Assembly (NCBI GenBank): GCA_963707025.1 | Contig: CAVPOM010000010.1 | Location: 96,001-160,000 of the forward strand | DNA length: 64,000 nucleotides | DNA from: an uncultured Verrucomicrobiae bacterium | GTDB taxonomy: Bacteria; Verrucomicrobiota; Verrucomicrobiia; Limisphaerales; Palsa-1400 | Reading direction: 5' to 3' | Shown here: one piece after another, positions 51,921-62,398 of the stretch | Numbering within the stretch: the stretch's first letter is position 1 | How the letters are laid out: each line of letters starts with the position of its first letter | The notes under the pieces: generated by a model | Told to the model about the DNA's origin: nothing | The model's input: the letters and a program-made list of their open reading frames with translations, nothing else | The model's database searches: none | Made by a program: the position numbers and the translations under genes

Positions 51921-54179
51921 ATGCTGACAAAAAGAATGATTTTCCATTGCGCCGGTGGATTGATTGCGGCTCTGATGTTGATGGCCGCGCCTGAGATGCA
52001 TGCCCGGCAATCCACGCCGGACCGCGGCACTCCCACCGCCAACGCGACCCCAACCAATGCGCCGGGAACCAATGTCGTGGCCGGTGGCAGAGGCCGGCGT
52101 GGCGGCGGATTTGGCCGCGGCGCGCAAGCCGACGGCCCGACCACCGCCTTTGGCACGCCGGGCCTCGAGCTTAAACCGTTTTTGATGGATCACCGCCACG
52201 CGGCGGATTCGCTGATTGATCTTTCCTTTTTGCTGGAGGCTCCCGCCGGGAAAGATGGATTTCTTCGCGCCAACGGGGCGCACCTGGTCACCGGCGACGG
52301 GAAGCCCATCCGGTTTTGGGGGTTCAACATCACCGAATGGAGCCGCGGCTCGGTCGAAATTCCGCCCAAAGAGGACGCCGCCATCTGGGCGTCGGCCCTG
52401 GCCCGATCCGGCGCCAACATCGTCCGTCTCCAATTTCTTGACTTGGACGCGCCGCGCGGCCTGCTCGACGGCACGCGCCCGGACAGCCAGCACTTCAATC
52501 TGGCGCAGCTCGACAACGAAGATTACTTTCTGGCCGAGGTGATGAAGCGGGGGATTTACGTGGATTTCAACCTCAACGTCGGCCGCGCCTTCAAGCCGGG
52601 CGACCAGGTTCCGGTGACGCGCGAAGGCAAGGGGCCGCTGCTGTTCGACAAGCGGCTGATCGAATTGGAAAAGGATTATGCGCGGCAGTTGCTCACGCAC
52701 CTCAACCCCTACACGAAGAAGACCTATGTGGACGATCCCGGCATCGCCATTGTGGAGATTGTCAACGAGGACGCGATCTACCTCGGTTGGAGCGGCAACA
52801 ACGCCTACGACCAGGAACTGACCGATTTGTTTAATGCGTGGCTGGTCAAAAACGTCAGCGCGGCGAAGCTGGCCGAGTTCCGCCAGGCGGCGGGTGTGGG
52901 CACGAACGATCCGGTGCCGCGGCTCAAGGGTCCGGCGCTGCGCACGGCCGCCCGGGAGCGGTATTACACCGAGTGCCGTTTTTTCTCCGATTTGGAATCG
53001 GGCTTTTTCAAGGAGATGAGCGCCTATCTGCGGCAAACCCTGGGCGTGAAATGCCTGCTCATCGCCACCGCCGACCACAGTCATTCCGGGAGCGGCTACG
53101 GGCTGGAGCAGGACACGCAGCAGTTGGACATCGTGGATGGCCACACCTACTGGCAGCATCCGGGCGACCGGCTCTACCACCACGCGCCCATGGTCAATGA
53201 TCCTTTCAATTCGACGGTCGCCGAACTTTCGCGCACGGCCCTGGCGGGCAAGCCCTACACGGTCAGCGAAGTCAACAATCCGTTCCCCAACCAGTTTGCC
53301 TGCGAGGGGATCCCGATACTGGCGGCTTACGGCGGCTTTTTGGACTGGGACGGCATCATGTGGTACACGTTCGAGCCGAAACGCAGCGCCGACTGGAAAC
53401 CGGTGTTGAGCGAGCCGTTCGACATGTCGCTCGATCCGGTCAAGATGACGCAGATGGCGGCCGGGGCCTTGATGTTCCTGCGCGGCGATCTGGAGCGCGC
53501 CCGGGAAACGGTGGCGCGCTCCTACAGTTGGGAAGAGGTGGCGGACAGCCGGCTGCTGGCCGGCACCAACCGGCCCTACTTCACACCGGGTTTCCCAATG
53601 TCGGTCCCGCTGCTGCACGGCTCGCGCATCGCCTCTCTGGAGGGCAAGCCGGCCGGCCCCATCCAGGCGGATTTGGCCGGCCCTTACCGGAGCGACACCG
53701 GCCAGTTGGTGTGGTACGCCGGCAAAAACGAAACGGGCCTGGTGACGATTGACAGCCCGCGTTCGCAAGGTTTGGTGGGATACGTCAAGGCCAACGCCCA
53801 GAGCGTGAGCCATCTCTCCGCCGATGTTTCCAATGACTTCTGCGCCATCGTCCTTAATTCACTGGATGCCCGGCCCATTGCCCAAACGGGGCGGATGCTC
53901 CTGACCACCGGCTCGCGCGTGGAGAACACCGGCCTGACCTGGAACGCCGGGAAATCACGCACCGCCGAGGGCGGAACATCGCCGACCTTGATCGAACCGG
54001 TGACCGGCGTCATCACCCTGCGCGATCTGGCCGGGGCCAGGCGCGTGTCCGCCAAAGCCCTGGACGGCTCCGGTCATGCCATGGGCGCACCGATCCTGGC
54101 CAAGCCGGCCGGGGCGGGCTGGGAGATTCCGGTCGGCCAGATTGTCACGCCCTGGTATGAGGTGACGGTGGAGAGGTGA
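51921..54179 (+). CDS. Secreted clan GH-A glycoside hydrolase (GH5-like)
   Basis: Signal peptide; IRFWGFN, NIVRL, HLNPYT...DDPGIAIVEIVNE (acid/base), DGHTYWQHP and TVSE (nucleophile). Confidence 0.8.
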   Translation: MLTKRMIFHCAGGLIAALMLMAAPEMHARQSTPDRGTPTANATPTNAPGTNVVAGGRGRRGGGFGRGAQADGPTTAFGTPGLELKPFLMDHRHAADSLIDLSFLLEAPAGKDGFLRANGAHLVTGDGKPIRFWGFNITEWSRGSVEIPPKEDAAIWASALARSGANIVRLQFLDLDAPRGLLDGTRPDSQHFNLAQLDNEDYFLAEVMKRGIYVDFNLNVGRAFKPGDQVPVTREGKGPLLFDKRLIELEKDYARQLLTHLNPYTKKTYVDDPGIAIVEIVNEDAIYLGWSGNNAYDQELTDLFNAWLVKNVSAAKLAEFRQAAGVGTNDPVPRLKGPALRTAARERYYTECRFFSDLESGFFKEMSAYLRQTLGVKCLLIATADHSHSGSGYGLEQDTQQLDIVDGHTYWQHPGDRLYHHAPMVNDPFNSTVAELSRTALAGKPYTVSEVNNPFPNQFACEGIPILAAYGGFLDWDGIMWYTFEPKRSADWKPVLSEPFDMSLDPVKMTQMAAGALMFLRGDLERARETVARSYSWEEVADSRLLAGTNRPYFTPGFPMSVPLLHGSRIASLEGKPAGPIQADLAGPYRSDTGQLVWYAGKNETGLVTIDSPRSQGLVGYVKANAQSVSHLSADVSNDFCAIVLNSLDARPIAQTGRMLLTTGSRVENTGLTWNAGKSRTAEGGTSPTLIEPVTGVITLRDLAGARRVSAKALDGSGHAMGAPILAKPAGAGWEIPVGQIVTPWYEVTVER

Positions 54180-54221
54180 GGGCCGGTTGGCAAACACAAG
54201 TTAGGGCGGAGTCAGACAATG

Positions 54222-54252
54222 AGAAGGCCCGCCGGCGGTGGCGGGCCTCCTT
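54222..54252. terminator. Hairpin between convergent genes
   Basis: AGGCCCGCC-loop-GGCGGGCCT, followed by a second hairpin at about 54262-54296. Confidence 0.55.
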
Positions 54253-54334
54253 GCTCCAGGCAGGACCCGCTCCGGCCATTGGCAGGAGCGGTCCTTCGGG
54301 ACGGTTAGTTGACAGGGACGGTGAAATTTCCGGG

Positions 54335-55357
54335 CTAGAAACCAGTTATCGTGAGGATGTTGCTGGGCGCGGACTGGTTGCCAAACTGGTCAACCGCAAC
54401 AACCCAAACTTGCGCCGGCAGGGTTGCGTTGCCGTGCGGGAATATATACACCTGCGAGGTTTGGCCGACGGAGGTGTCAGGAAAATCCAACACTCCATCA
54501 ATATAGATATTATATTGGATGTCCGCTTGCGGCTCGTTGACCGACGTCGAGGGGTTCCACGAAATGATGGCTTCGCCGCCGCCATCGCCCCATCCGGTCA
54601 GGCCGGTTGGAGTGGTCGGAGCGTTGGGAGGCGGGGTGATTGTGGCTGGCGCCGTCGTCACGGTGACGGGCTGGCTCGTGGTGGAGAGTGCCCCCGTTGT
54701 GCCGTTCAAGCTATAGGCAGTGACCGTGATGGCATAAGTGTAGCCGGGCCACAGACCCGTGGTTGTCGAGGTTGTGGAACTTGTGGAACCGCCACTTAAC
54801 GAGATGCCATTGACAGCGACTGCATATGAGCCGATCTCATCGGCAGGCGTCGCTTCCGTCCACGACACGGTGATGGTATTGGAGGTCGCGCTGGTTGCCG
54901 TGATCACTGGCGCGGCCGGTTTGACGGGTGTCGGCAGTGGAGTCCCGGCCAGCGTCACCGTGACTTCCGGACTGGGCGCCGAGGCTTGGTTGCCCGAAAC
55001 CGCAATGATGTGGAAGGAATAAGTGCCGCCCGCCTCCACCCCAACCGTCCAGGTAAACCGGGTGACGTTGCCGACGTTTTCGATAAACCCTTGCGTATCG
55101 TTTTGAATCTCGTAAACAAGACTCCCGCCTGACCCCGGCGTGGAAGCGTTCCAAGCGAACGAGACGCTGTTGCTGGTGACCGCGGTGACATGAAAATTGC
55201 CCGGTGTTGATGGCGGTGTGGGTTTTCTGAAGCCGAAGGCCGAGGCGGAAAGCGGTTCCAGAAGCCAGGCGGCTGCGATTAACGCGGCGATTCCGGCTGT
55301 TAATCCCGCCGCGTTCCCCCGGGAGTGAGTTCTCTGAATTGATCCATTCGCAAACAT
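54335..55357 (-). CDS. Secreted fibronectin type III repeat protein
   Basis: Three Fn3-like units (PSTPGNFHVTAVTSNSVSFAW; TGLWPGYTYAITVTA; VVAVDQFGNQSAPS). Confidence 0.85.
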   Translation of the reverse strand: MFANGSIQRTHSRGNAAGLTAGIAALIAAAWLLEPLSASAFGFRKPTPPSTPGNFHVTAVTSNSVSFAWNASTPGSGGSLVYEIQNDTQGFIENVGNVTRFTWTVGVEAGGTYSFHIIAVSGNQASAPSPEVTVTLAGTPLPTPVKPAAPVITATSATSNTITVSWTEATPADEIGSYAVAVNGISLSGGSTSSTTSTTTGLWPGYTYAITVTAYSLNGTTGALSTTSQPVTVTTAPATITPPPNAPTTPTGLTGWGDGGGEAIISWNPSTSVNEPQADIQYNIYIDGVLDFPDTSVGQTSQVYIFPHGNATLPAQVWVVAVDQFGNQSAPSNILTITGF

Positions 55358-55568
55358 AGTATAATACCTTTCATGGCGAATATTTTAGGCGCCCAAGACC
55401 GGGGAATCCGGTCTTGCACCGGCCTGGCCGCCTCGCCGACGGACATCCGCTGGGTAAGAGGAACCAGCCGCCCAAAAGTTCCCGCGATCTTTGCAAAACG
55501 GCTAGGCCTTCGGATCAGGATTAAGATCCGGCGAGGCAAAGGACCGCCAAAAAAGCAATGGGCGCCCG

Positions 55569-56545
55569 TCAGCGGGGGATGGCGACCTGCTGGAGGATTT
55601 TTTGGATGACTTCGACGACGCTCACGCCTTCGATTTCGAATTCGGGGCGCAGGATCAAGCGATGCTCCAGCACGGGAGAGGCCATGGCTTTGATGTCGTC
55701 GGGGGTGACGAAATCGCGGCCGGCGATGGCGGCGGCGGCGCGGCTGGCCAGGAGGAGGGACTGGGTGGCGCGGGGCCGGCCCCCACCAGGACGCTCTCGT
55801 GCCGGCGCGAGGCGCGGACGATGTCAACAATATAAGCGAGGAGTTCGTCGCGGACCAGGACCAGGGCGAGCTGGCCGCGCAAGGCCGCCAACGTTTCGGC
55901 GGAGAGGGTCTGGCGGACGGCGCCGGAGGCGAGGGCGGCTTCGGGGGAGTCCTGGCCGAGCATGCGTTTGGCCAGGGTAAGCTCTTCGTCGCGTTCGGGG
56001 ACGTTCATGGTGATTTTGAGCATGAAGCGGTCTTTTTGGGCCTCTGGCAGGGGATAGGTTCCCTCGTATTCGATGGGATTCTGGGTGGCGAAAACGGTAA
56101 AGTTGGCGGAGAGGGGATGGGTTTCCCGATCAATGCTGACCTGGCGTTCCTGCATGGCCTGGAGGAGGGCAGATTGGGTTTTGGCGGGGGCGCGGTTGAT
56201 TTCGTCGGCCAGGAGGAAGTCGGTGAAGACGGGTCCTTTGATGAGGGCGAATTCGTTGCGCTGCAGGTTGAAGACGTGAGTGCCGGTGATGTCGGCGGGC
56301 ATGAGGTCGGGGGTGAATTGGATGCGGCCGAAATCGCAGCCCAGGACGCGGGCCAGGGTGCGGACGAGGAGGGTTTTGGCGACGCCGGGGACGCCTTCAA
56401 TGAGGGCGTGGTGGCCGGTGAAGATGGGGATGAGGGCCTTGTCAATAACATCGGACTGGCCGATGATGACTTTGGCGACTTCGAGCCGGGCGGCGGCGAG
56501 GGCTTCCTTAAGCTGGTCAACGTTGGGGTTCATGGGGGGCGGCAA
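55569..56545 (-). CDS. moxR: MoxR-family AAA+ ATPase; frameshift near 55778
   Basis: EGVPGVAKT, RIQFTPDLMPADITG, LLADEINRAPAKTQSALL and GTYPLPEAQKDRF; the C-terminus GPRATQSLL...VTPDDIK...HRLILRP lies in another frame ending at 55569. Confidence 0.93.
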
Positions 56546-56623
56546 TGGAGTGGTGGAGTGTTGGGTTGGTGGATGGGAGGAATGGGACGGATGGGACTAA
56601 TGGCACGGATGGTTACTTGGGCG

Positions 56624-57877
56624 CTATTTTCGTTCGGTTAAGATTCTTTGGATGGTTTGCCAGGTTTCGACGGGGTGGCGGGAAAGGGGCGGACGGGACC
56701 TTTCTTCCTCCATGATTTTTTCGATGGCGGCAAGGCGGGCGGCGGCGCGCGGCTGGCGGGCGCAGGCCGATTTCCACTCGGCAAAGCAGGTGAACAGGAT
56801 GTCGGCCGGAGAAATGCCGCGGCGCAAGAGGCTGGCAAAACCGGCGCTGGCCTCCTTGCCCTGCACCAGGGCGGCGGAGCCTTCGTCCGGCTGGCCGGGG
56901 GGCGGCGGGACGAGCGGGAGGCTGTTTTTCCAGATGAACAGGCCGGCGATGAGGGCCAGGGCCAGGAGCACGCCCTGCAAATGGTACTGGCGCATGAGAC
57001 CGGCCACGCCGGGGCGCTCCTCCACGCCCAGGTGGGTTTCGTCAAATATAATGTCGCGCCGGGCTTCCACCAGCCAGGCCAGCAGTTCGGCGTGGCGCTC
57101 GCGGCGGAGGGCTTCGTTGCTCAGAAAAAAGGAGTCGGTGGCGAGGACCAGAGATCCCGGGCCGTAGGCGCGCTGGAGGATGACGGGATGATTTTTTCGC
57201 TGGTAAAGGGTCTGCCAATTGGTGTCCAGCACCTCAAAATAGGCGCCGCTGTGCCAGGAGATCAGAGGGGGCAAGCCGGGCGGGGCGTGGACGGCTTGGG
57301 CCAGTTCGGAGCGGCTGTGGCCGTGCTCATCCAGGGAGAGGTCGTCGTATTGCAGGCCCAGGCCGGTTTTGGCCAGGAGGGAAACCAGTTGGAGCGGCAG
57401 CGCCGGGCTGGCATTGGTGTCGTCGCGCCAAGGGGGCCGGCGACTGGCCGGCGGCCGGGCCGGGGGCGGCAAGGAGTTGGTGAACAACAAGCCCAATTCC
57501 TGGGCCTGGTTGGCGAAGGGCAGCAGGGAAATGACGACGCGCCCGCCGCGCAAGAGAAAATTCTGGAGGGTGTTGTCGTCCTCCGGGGACAAGGAATCCA
57601 GGTCCCGGCGGGTCGTGCCCAGGAGAAAGAGGACGCGCTGCGGATCGCCCTGGAGTTTGGCGGAGGACTGGAAGAAACGGGTGACGGACAGGCCGGGGAG
57701 ATTTTGCAGAGCCTGGTAGAAGGCCTTGACGCCGAGGGGGTCGGTGCGGAGGGAGGAATAAGGGGGATAAATGTCGCCGGCGTCGAAGCGCATTTGAAAA
57801 AGCCAGACCAGGCCGAGGACGAAACCGGCCAAGGAGAAGGCGAGGAAGGCGGGCAAAATGTAGCGGGATTTCAACAT
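56624..57877 (-). CDS. DUF4350-like membrane-anchored protein
   Basis: N-terminal TM, YSSLRTDPLGVKA, IIFDETHLG, C-terminal TM; directly upstream of MoxR. Confidence 0.75.
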   Translation of the reverse strand: MLKSRYILPAFLAFSLAGFVLGLVWLFQMRFDAGDIYPPYSSLRTDPLGVKAFYQALQNLPGLSVTRFFQSSAKLQGDPQRVLFLLGTTRRDLDSLSPEDDNTLQNFLLRGGRVVISLLPFANQAQELGLLFTNSLPPPARPPASRRPPWRDDTNASPALPLQLVSLLAKTGLGLQYDDLSLDEHGHSRSELAQAVHAPPGLPPLISWHSGAYFEVLDTNWQTLYQRKNHPVILQRAYGPGSLVLATDSFFLSNEALRRERHAELLAWLVEARRDIIFDETHLGVEERPGVAGLMRQYHLQGVLLALALIAGLFIWKNSLPLVPPPPGQPDEGSAALVQGKEASAGFASLLRRGISPADILFTCFAEWKSACARQPRAAARLAAIEKIMEEERSRPPLSRHPVETWQTIQRILTERK

Positions 57878-58830
57878 GCGCGGATGCGGGCGAGGTTGGC
57901 TTGAAAATCCAGCAGGGCTTCCCGGGTGACTTCGCGCAGGCCGTACCAGGCGTGGTCGAAGGCGGCGACGTTTTGGCTGAAGGCGCTTTGCACTTCGGGG
58001 GCGGCGCGGGCGCGGCGGCGCAATTCCGATTCGTATTCGCGGTTGGATTTGAAGATGGCGATGGAAATCATCCCGCGGGCGGCCAGGTGGGCGAGGCCGG
58101 CCAGATAAAAGGCGCGCAAGGCCAGGCGCAGATTTCCTTCCTGCATCAGGTCGCGGGCCAGGCTCAGCCAGCCGTCTTCGGGCAATTGGTCGGGGGCCAC
58201 GTTTTCATCGGTTAAATCCGGCCGGGCGGCCACCGGCTCGGCAACGAGGATGTTGGGGCGGCGGCGGCGGTCGTAAGCGCGAAAAACCAGGACGGCCAGG
58301 AAACCGAGCAGGACTGAGATGAGCAGGAGCAGGAGGATTTGCAGGGAGTAGATCAAGCGGGAACCCCAACCGGACAAACCCGGCTGGCCGGAGAAGGAAC
58401 CGGGCCACAGTTTGAGCAGCATTCTTCCCACCCACTGCAGCGAGACGCGCAGACCGTGGGCGGCGGCTTTGACGGCGTCGCGCACCACGTCAACCACGAA
58501 CTGGGCGGCGCGGGCCAGCCAGCCTTTTTCTGCATCTGACGCCACCGGTTTTTCGCGCGGCATGCGCCAGGCAAACTGGCGTTGTTGCAGGACCCGGTCA
58601 ATGGCCAGGCTGAGTTGCTCCGGGGAAACGGCGTTGCTGGTTGTAGTTGACAGAGCAGGCGCCCCGGCCGGCGCGGCGGCGGAGACCCGGGTTGGGCAGA
58701 AAAAGAGTGTCAGGACGGCAAAGGCCGCGAGAAAGCAATTCTGCAAGATGCGCCCGGCGGGACGCCGCGCGCGGCGGGCCAGGAGGCCCGCGCTCCCCAA
58801 ACCAGGGTCAAATGCGCAACGGAATTTCAT
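57871..58830 (-). CDS. DUF4129-like membrane protein
   Basis: ALRAFYLAGL...KSNREY...FDHAWYG. Confidence 0.8.
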   Translation of the reverse strand: MKFRCAFDPGLGSAGLLARRARRPAGRILQNCFLAAFAVLTLFFCPTRVSAAAPAGAPALSTTTSNAVSPEQLSLAIDRVLQQRQFAWRMPREKPVASDAEKGWLARAAQFVVDVVRDAVKAAAHGLRVSLQWVGRMLLKLWPGSFSGQPGLSGWGSRLIYSLQILLLLLISVLLGFLAVLVFRAYDRRRRPNILVAEPVAARPDLTDENVAPDQLPEDGWLSLARDLMQEGNLRLALRAFYLAGLAHLAARGMISIAIFKSNREYESELRRRARAAPEVQSAFSQNVAAFDHAWYGLREVTREALLDFQANLARIRAC

Positions 58831-59669
58831 GGCCGTGATGCCAGGAGAGCGGGCGCGCCGGGTGAAGGCGGGCGCAGGCCGGCCAGTTCCGCTTTCAAGT
58901 CGTCGCCGGAACGAACGGATTGGCCGTAGAAACAGCGGAGGACAAAAACGGTCTTGATCAAGGGATCCACGAACAGATAGGCCAGGGCGAAGGAACAAGC
59001 CAGATAAGTGGTGTTCAGGACGCTGAACCGGCCAGCCTGGGTGAAGGCGGTGTCAACGCCCAACAAGGTTTTGAGCAGGCCGGGCAGCGCGGCCATGGCC
59101 ACCATGGTGTTGAGCCAGACCAGGAAGGCAAAGAGAAAGAGCACGGCCAGCAGAAGAAGATTCTGGCCGAGGCGCAGTCCCGCCTGGAGGGCGGCGGTTT
59201 TGCAAGTCTCCCCCAGACCGCCCGGTTCGCCGCCCGCGGCGGTGAGGTTCTGGTAGAAGCTGTAAACCCAGACGAAAGGGAAAATGGTGACCAGGGCCAG
59301 CGGCACGACGAACAGGCCGGAGGGTTGCAGCGCCATTTGCGTCAGGGCCAGCCGTCCGGCCCGCCGGGCGGTCCACGGCTCGGCGGCGCGGCCGGCGACG
59401 CGCGCGCGCAGGGCGGCGGCGAAGAGGGCCTGCCAGCATTTCATCCACAAGAAAAGCAGTCCCAGGCCGGCGGCGCCGGCCGCGGCATGTTCGCGGGCAA
59501 AAGCGCCGCGGCTCATGTCGGCCCAAAAATAAAGGAAGGCCAGGAGGAAAGGAAGGGTGCCGACGGCATAGGGCGCCAGGAGACGCAGCGGCGCGGAGCG
59601 GAGGAGGTGGACGGCTTGTTCGATCAATTCGAACAGGCCAATGCCCGGCTGGCGGTCGGACGGTTTCAT
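58827..59669 (-). CDS. Polytopic membrane protein
   Basis: Multiple TM segments; ATGA overlaps with both neighbours. Confidence 0.8.
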   Translation of the reverse strand: MKPSDRQPGIGLFELIEQAVHLLRSAPLRLLAPYAVGTLPFLLAFLYFWADMSRGAFAREHAAAGAAGLGLLFLWMKCWQALFAAALRARVAGRAAEPWTARRAGRLALTQMALQPSGLFVVPLALVTIFPFVWVYSFYQNLTAAGGEPGGLGETCKTAALQAGLRLGQNLLLLAVLFLFAFLVWLNTMVAMAALPGLLKTLLGVDTAFTQAGRFSVLNTTYLACSFALAYLFVDPLIKTVFVLRCFYGQSVRSGDDLKAELAGLRPPSPGAPALLASRP

Positions 59670-59992
59670 GGCACCGTACTCCAAAAAGAGGTCCAGAGCG
59701 CGTTATCGTGGTAGGAGGGCGGAATAGAGAGCAGGATTTGGCCGACCCAATAAAAGTAAAGCACGGCGGTCAACAGGCCGGCGAAACTCAGACCCGCCCG
59801 GCCCAGGGCGCGCAGAGGCTGGCGGCCCGCGCCGGCCGACTGGGAGAGCTGGCGCAAACAGACGGCGCAGAGGATGCGGTCGTCGTGCTCGGTGATGCAC
59901 TCGCGACAGAAGAACCGGCGGCATTGGGGGCACTGGGCGGCGGCCTCGCGGGCGGGATGATTGAGGCAATGTTGTTGGGCCAGGGGCAGCAT
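59666..59992 (-). CDS. B-box-type zinc-finger membrane protein
   Basis: CxxHPxREAAAQCxxCxxxxCxxC...CxxC followed by a TM helix. Confidence 0.8.
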   Translation of the reverse strand: MLPLAQQHCLNHPAREAAAQCPQCRRFFCRECITEHDDRILCAVCLRQLSQSAGAGRQPLRALGRAGLSFAGLLTAVLYFYWVGQILLSIPPSYHDNALWTSFWSTVP

Positions 59993-59996
59993 GGGG

Positions 59997-60668
59997 CTAG
60001 GAAGTTTCCGCGGCGGAGGATTGGGATTGGCGGAGGATCTCCTCTTCGAGGCGGGCTTTGAGTTCCACCTGGGACAACTCGCCTTGCGCCTCCAGCAGGC
60101 GGGGACGGATCATGGCCATGCCTTTGCGCGCGGCCCGCATGCGGTTCCAGGCGGCCAATTGTTCGGTCTGCACGGCGGTTTTAATCTGCGTGACACAGGT
60201 TGACCCGCGCCACAGGCTGAGCAGGAAAAGAAAAAGGAAGAAGCCGCCGATCAAGGCGGTGACAATCCTGCCGGCGGGGTCCGAAATGTCCCCCGCCCAC
60301 AGGAAAAAGCCGAGCGCGAGAATGACGAGGATGATGTTGCCGACCAGGGAGGTGACGGTCTTGCGAGTGATGATGGCCTGGATGTCGCGGAAGTAGAAGC
60401 GCTTGTATTTTTCCGTATAACCGGTGCGCAGAATCAACAACAGGTGGTCCTGGGCCATCCAGACCGTGCAGAGGGCGCGGGAGGTGGCATACCACTTGTT
60501 TCCTTCCATGAGCGAGCCGCGTCCGGGCAGGCGCCGGTATTCTTTGCCTGCCTTGCGCGCATCGGAGGATGGACCAGGGGCATTGGGGTCAACCAGAGGT
60601 TGGCCGTCAAGATCACAGACCGACGCATCGTCTGGGAATTCTTTACCGCAATAAGGGCATTTTTTCAT
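59997..60668 (-). CDS. Zinc-ribbon two-TM membrane protein
   Basis: MKKCPYCG...C; YKRFYFRDIQAI; two TM helices. Confidence 0.75.
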   Translation of the reverse strand: MKKCPYCGKEFPDDASVCDLDGQPLVDPNAPGPSSDARKAGKEYRRLPGRGSLMEGNKWYATSRALCTVWMAQDHLLLILRTGYTEKYKRFYFRDIQAIITRKTVTSLVGNIILVILALGFFLWAGDISDPAGRIVTALIGGFFLFLFLLSLWRGSTCVTQIKTAVQTEQLAAWNRMRAARKGMAMIRPRLLEAQGELSQVELKARLEEEILRQSQSSAAETS

Positions 60669-60834
60669 GCGCGTCGGTTTTGCCTTTTAAGGCCGAAGCC
60701 ATAGCTGCGCAAGCGGGGTTAAAAGAGTCTGTTGCACGATCTGCGGGTGAGTCTGGGCAAATTCCGGATTTTTGCGAGCTTTTTCCCTGGCGGAGTTTAC
60801 CGTGCAAGCCGGCGACAGTATTTGGGAAAGCGCT

Positions 60835-61413
60835 CTAATCCTTTTTGGTAATCAGGAAGACAATGAAAATCACCCAGCCCACACACTCCAGCAGGGCCAG
60901 CAGCCCGGCCGCGGCAAAGGCCAGGTTGGATTTGCCGGTGATGCTGCAAGGAGCCTTGCGATAACGCACGACGAGATAAAGGGCATAGGGCGCGCCGATG
61001 AACGATGGCCAGAAGCAGAGCAGCGGAAAAAGGGCCACGGCCAGGGCGATGTGGTCCCACAACACGCGGGTGTTTTCCAAGTCCTTGAACTTGGATTTTT
61101 TTTGGCCGGTTTCCAGGCAGGCGGGGCAGAGATGGCGTCCGTTCAACTCCAAATCGCACAGCCCGCAAAGAAACCGGCCGCAGCCGTCGCAGACAATGGA
61201 GGCTTTTTTGGCGGGATGATAAAAGCAACTGGACTGGCCCTGGACCAGGAGCGGTTCGGCGGCGGCGGCGGAAGGGGTTTGCAGAATGGCGGGAAAAACC
61301 TCGACGGCCAGGGGGGCCTCGCAGGAGGGGCAGGGAAAGAATTGGCCGGTGTTAAAGTGTTCCGGGAAAAGAATCGCCTGGCATTTGCCGCACTTGACCA
61401 GGCTGGATTCCAT
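60835..61413 (-). CDS. Zinc-finger (B-box-like) membrane protein
   Basis: CGKC, CPSC and CFYHP..CDGCGRFLCGLC..CPAC followed by TM helices. Confidence 0.8.
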   Translation of the reverse strand: MESSLVKCGKCQAILFPEHFNTGQFFPCPSCEAPLAVEVFPAILQTPSAAAAEPLLVQGQSSCFYHPAKKASIVCDGCGRFLCGLCDLELNGRHLCPACLETGQKKSKFKDLENTRVLWDHIALAVALFPLLCFWPSFIGAPYALYLVVRYRKAPCSITGKSNLAFAAAGLLALLECVGWVIFIVFLITKKD

Positions 61414-61421
61414 TGGCGCGA

Positions 61422-62174
61422 TTAGATTCGAATGACGCGCGTGTTGCAGATGCGGTCATGCAAGGCGCGCTTCTCCGGGTCCCAACAGACCATGAGATAG
61501 CCAATGCAAAGAGTGAAGATGGCGCTGACATATTCCGCGGCAAAAAAGCGGCCCAGCGCCTTGGCATAGCTGACCTTGGAGCCATCCGGGTTGACGATGC
61601 GCAGTTTGGCGGACATTTTACCCGGGGTGGCTCCATACTTGCCGACAAACAGCGTGTAATAAGAACCGCCCAGCACAAGTCCCACCACCGTCCTGGCCCA
61701 CAAGGGCGCGGCGAACAGAGGCAGGCCCATTTGCTGGGCGATGAAATACTGGGCCACCAGCGCCGGCACGGCGACGATAAGGCCGTCCAAGAATTTGGCG
61801 CCGAACCGGACCCAAAAGCCGGCGTAAACCATGCCGCCTGGCAACGCCACGCCTTCCTTGAGTTTTTGGAGGAAAACCGGTTTGCAGTCAGCGCAGATGA
61901 ACTGGTTGCCGTGGCGGATGACTTCCTCGGGCGGGAAGGCCCGTCCGCATTCGGCGCAGAGCACCTGGCCGGGCGGGGCCGAGACGGCGCCGGCCATGCG
62001 CAGGGGCGCTCCGGCCGGAGGGCCAACGACCTGGGCGTAGGGCAGCCACTCGGCCATGCCTTCGCGCCAGACCAGGGTGTCGTGGCGCACGGTGCCGCCC
62101 CGCACCAGGGCCTCGAAGTCGGCGTCGGTGACCGGCCCTCTCTGCTCGGAGCCTTCAAGATAGTGCCAGCTCAT
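61422..62174 (-). CDS. RDD-family protein with N-terminal GYF_2-like domain and zinc finger
   Basis: WHY..QRGP..LVWREGMAEW; YAGFWVRFGAKFLD; GATPGK; RALHDRICNTRV. Confidence 0.9.
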   Translation of the reverse strand: MSWHYLEGSEQRGPVTDADFEALVRGGTVRHDTLVWREGMAEWLPYAQVVGPPAGAPLRMAGAVSAPPGQVLCAECGRAFPPEEVIRHGNQFICADCKPVFLQKLKEGVALPGGMVYAGFWVRFGAKFLDGLIVAVPALVAQYFIAQQMGLPLFAAPLWARTVVGLVLGGSYYTLFVGKYGATPGKMSAKLRIVNPDGSKVSYAKALGRFFAAEYVSAIFTLCIGYLMVCWDPEKRALHDRICNTRVIRI

Positions 62175-62296
62175 AAAATGGATGGGTCTTGCTCGTGTCG
62201 GCGGCCAGCCTGTTGGTTGCGGGCGAAAAAGTAAAGCCTGTTCTGAGGCGAATTGAGGAAGCGCACGTCAAATTTGGCGGCGGCGGTTTCTGGTTT

Positions 62297-62398
62297 CTCT
62301 TAATCTTAATCATAATCTTAATCCTAATCTCTCCCATGCGTCGAAGAAGATTAGGATTAAGATTAAGATTAAGATTAGGATTAGGATTAAGAATAAGA
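62297..62398. repeat. Inverted hexamer repeat (AATCTT)n ... (AAGATT)n
   Basis: About five units followed by about eight complementary units; can form a long hairpin. Confidence 0.85.

Noticed and set aside
51474..53813. Long antisense ORFs (779 aa here; also 3198-4241, 23734-25032, 25872-27251, 38597-39976, 56648-57904)
   Set aside because: Shadow frames of real GC-rich genes on the opposite strand, with no motifs.
55370..55500. Riboswitch upstream of the Fn3 gene
   Set aside because: Some hairpins are present, but I could not match the conserved core of any known class.
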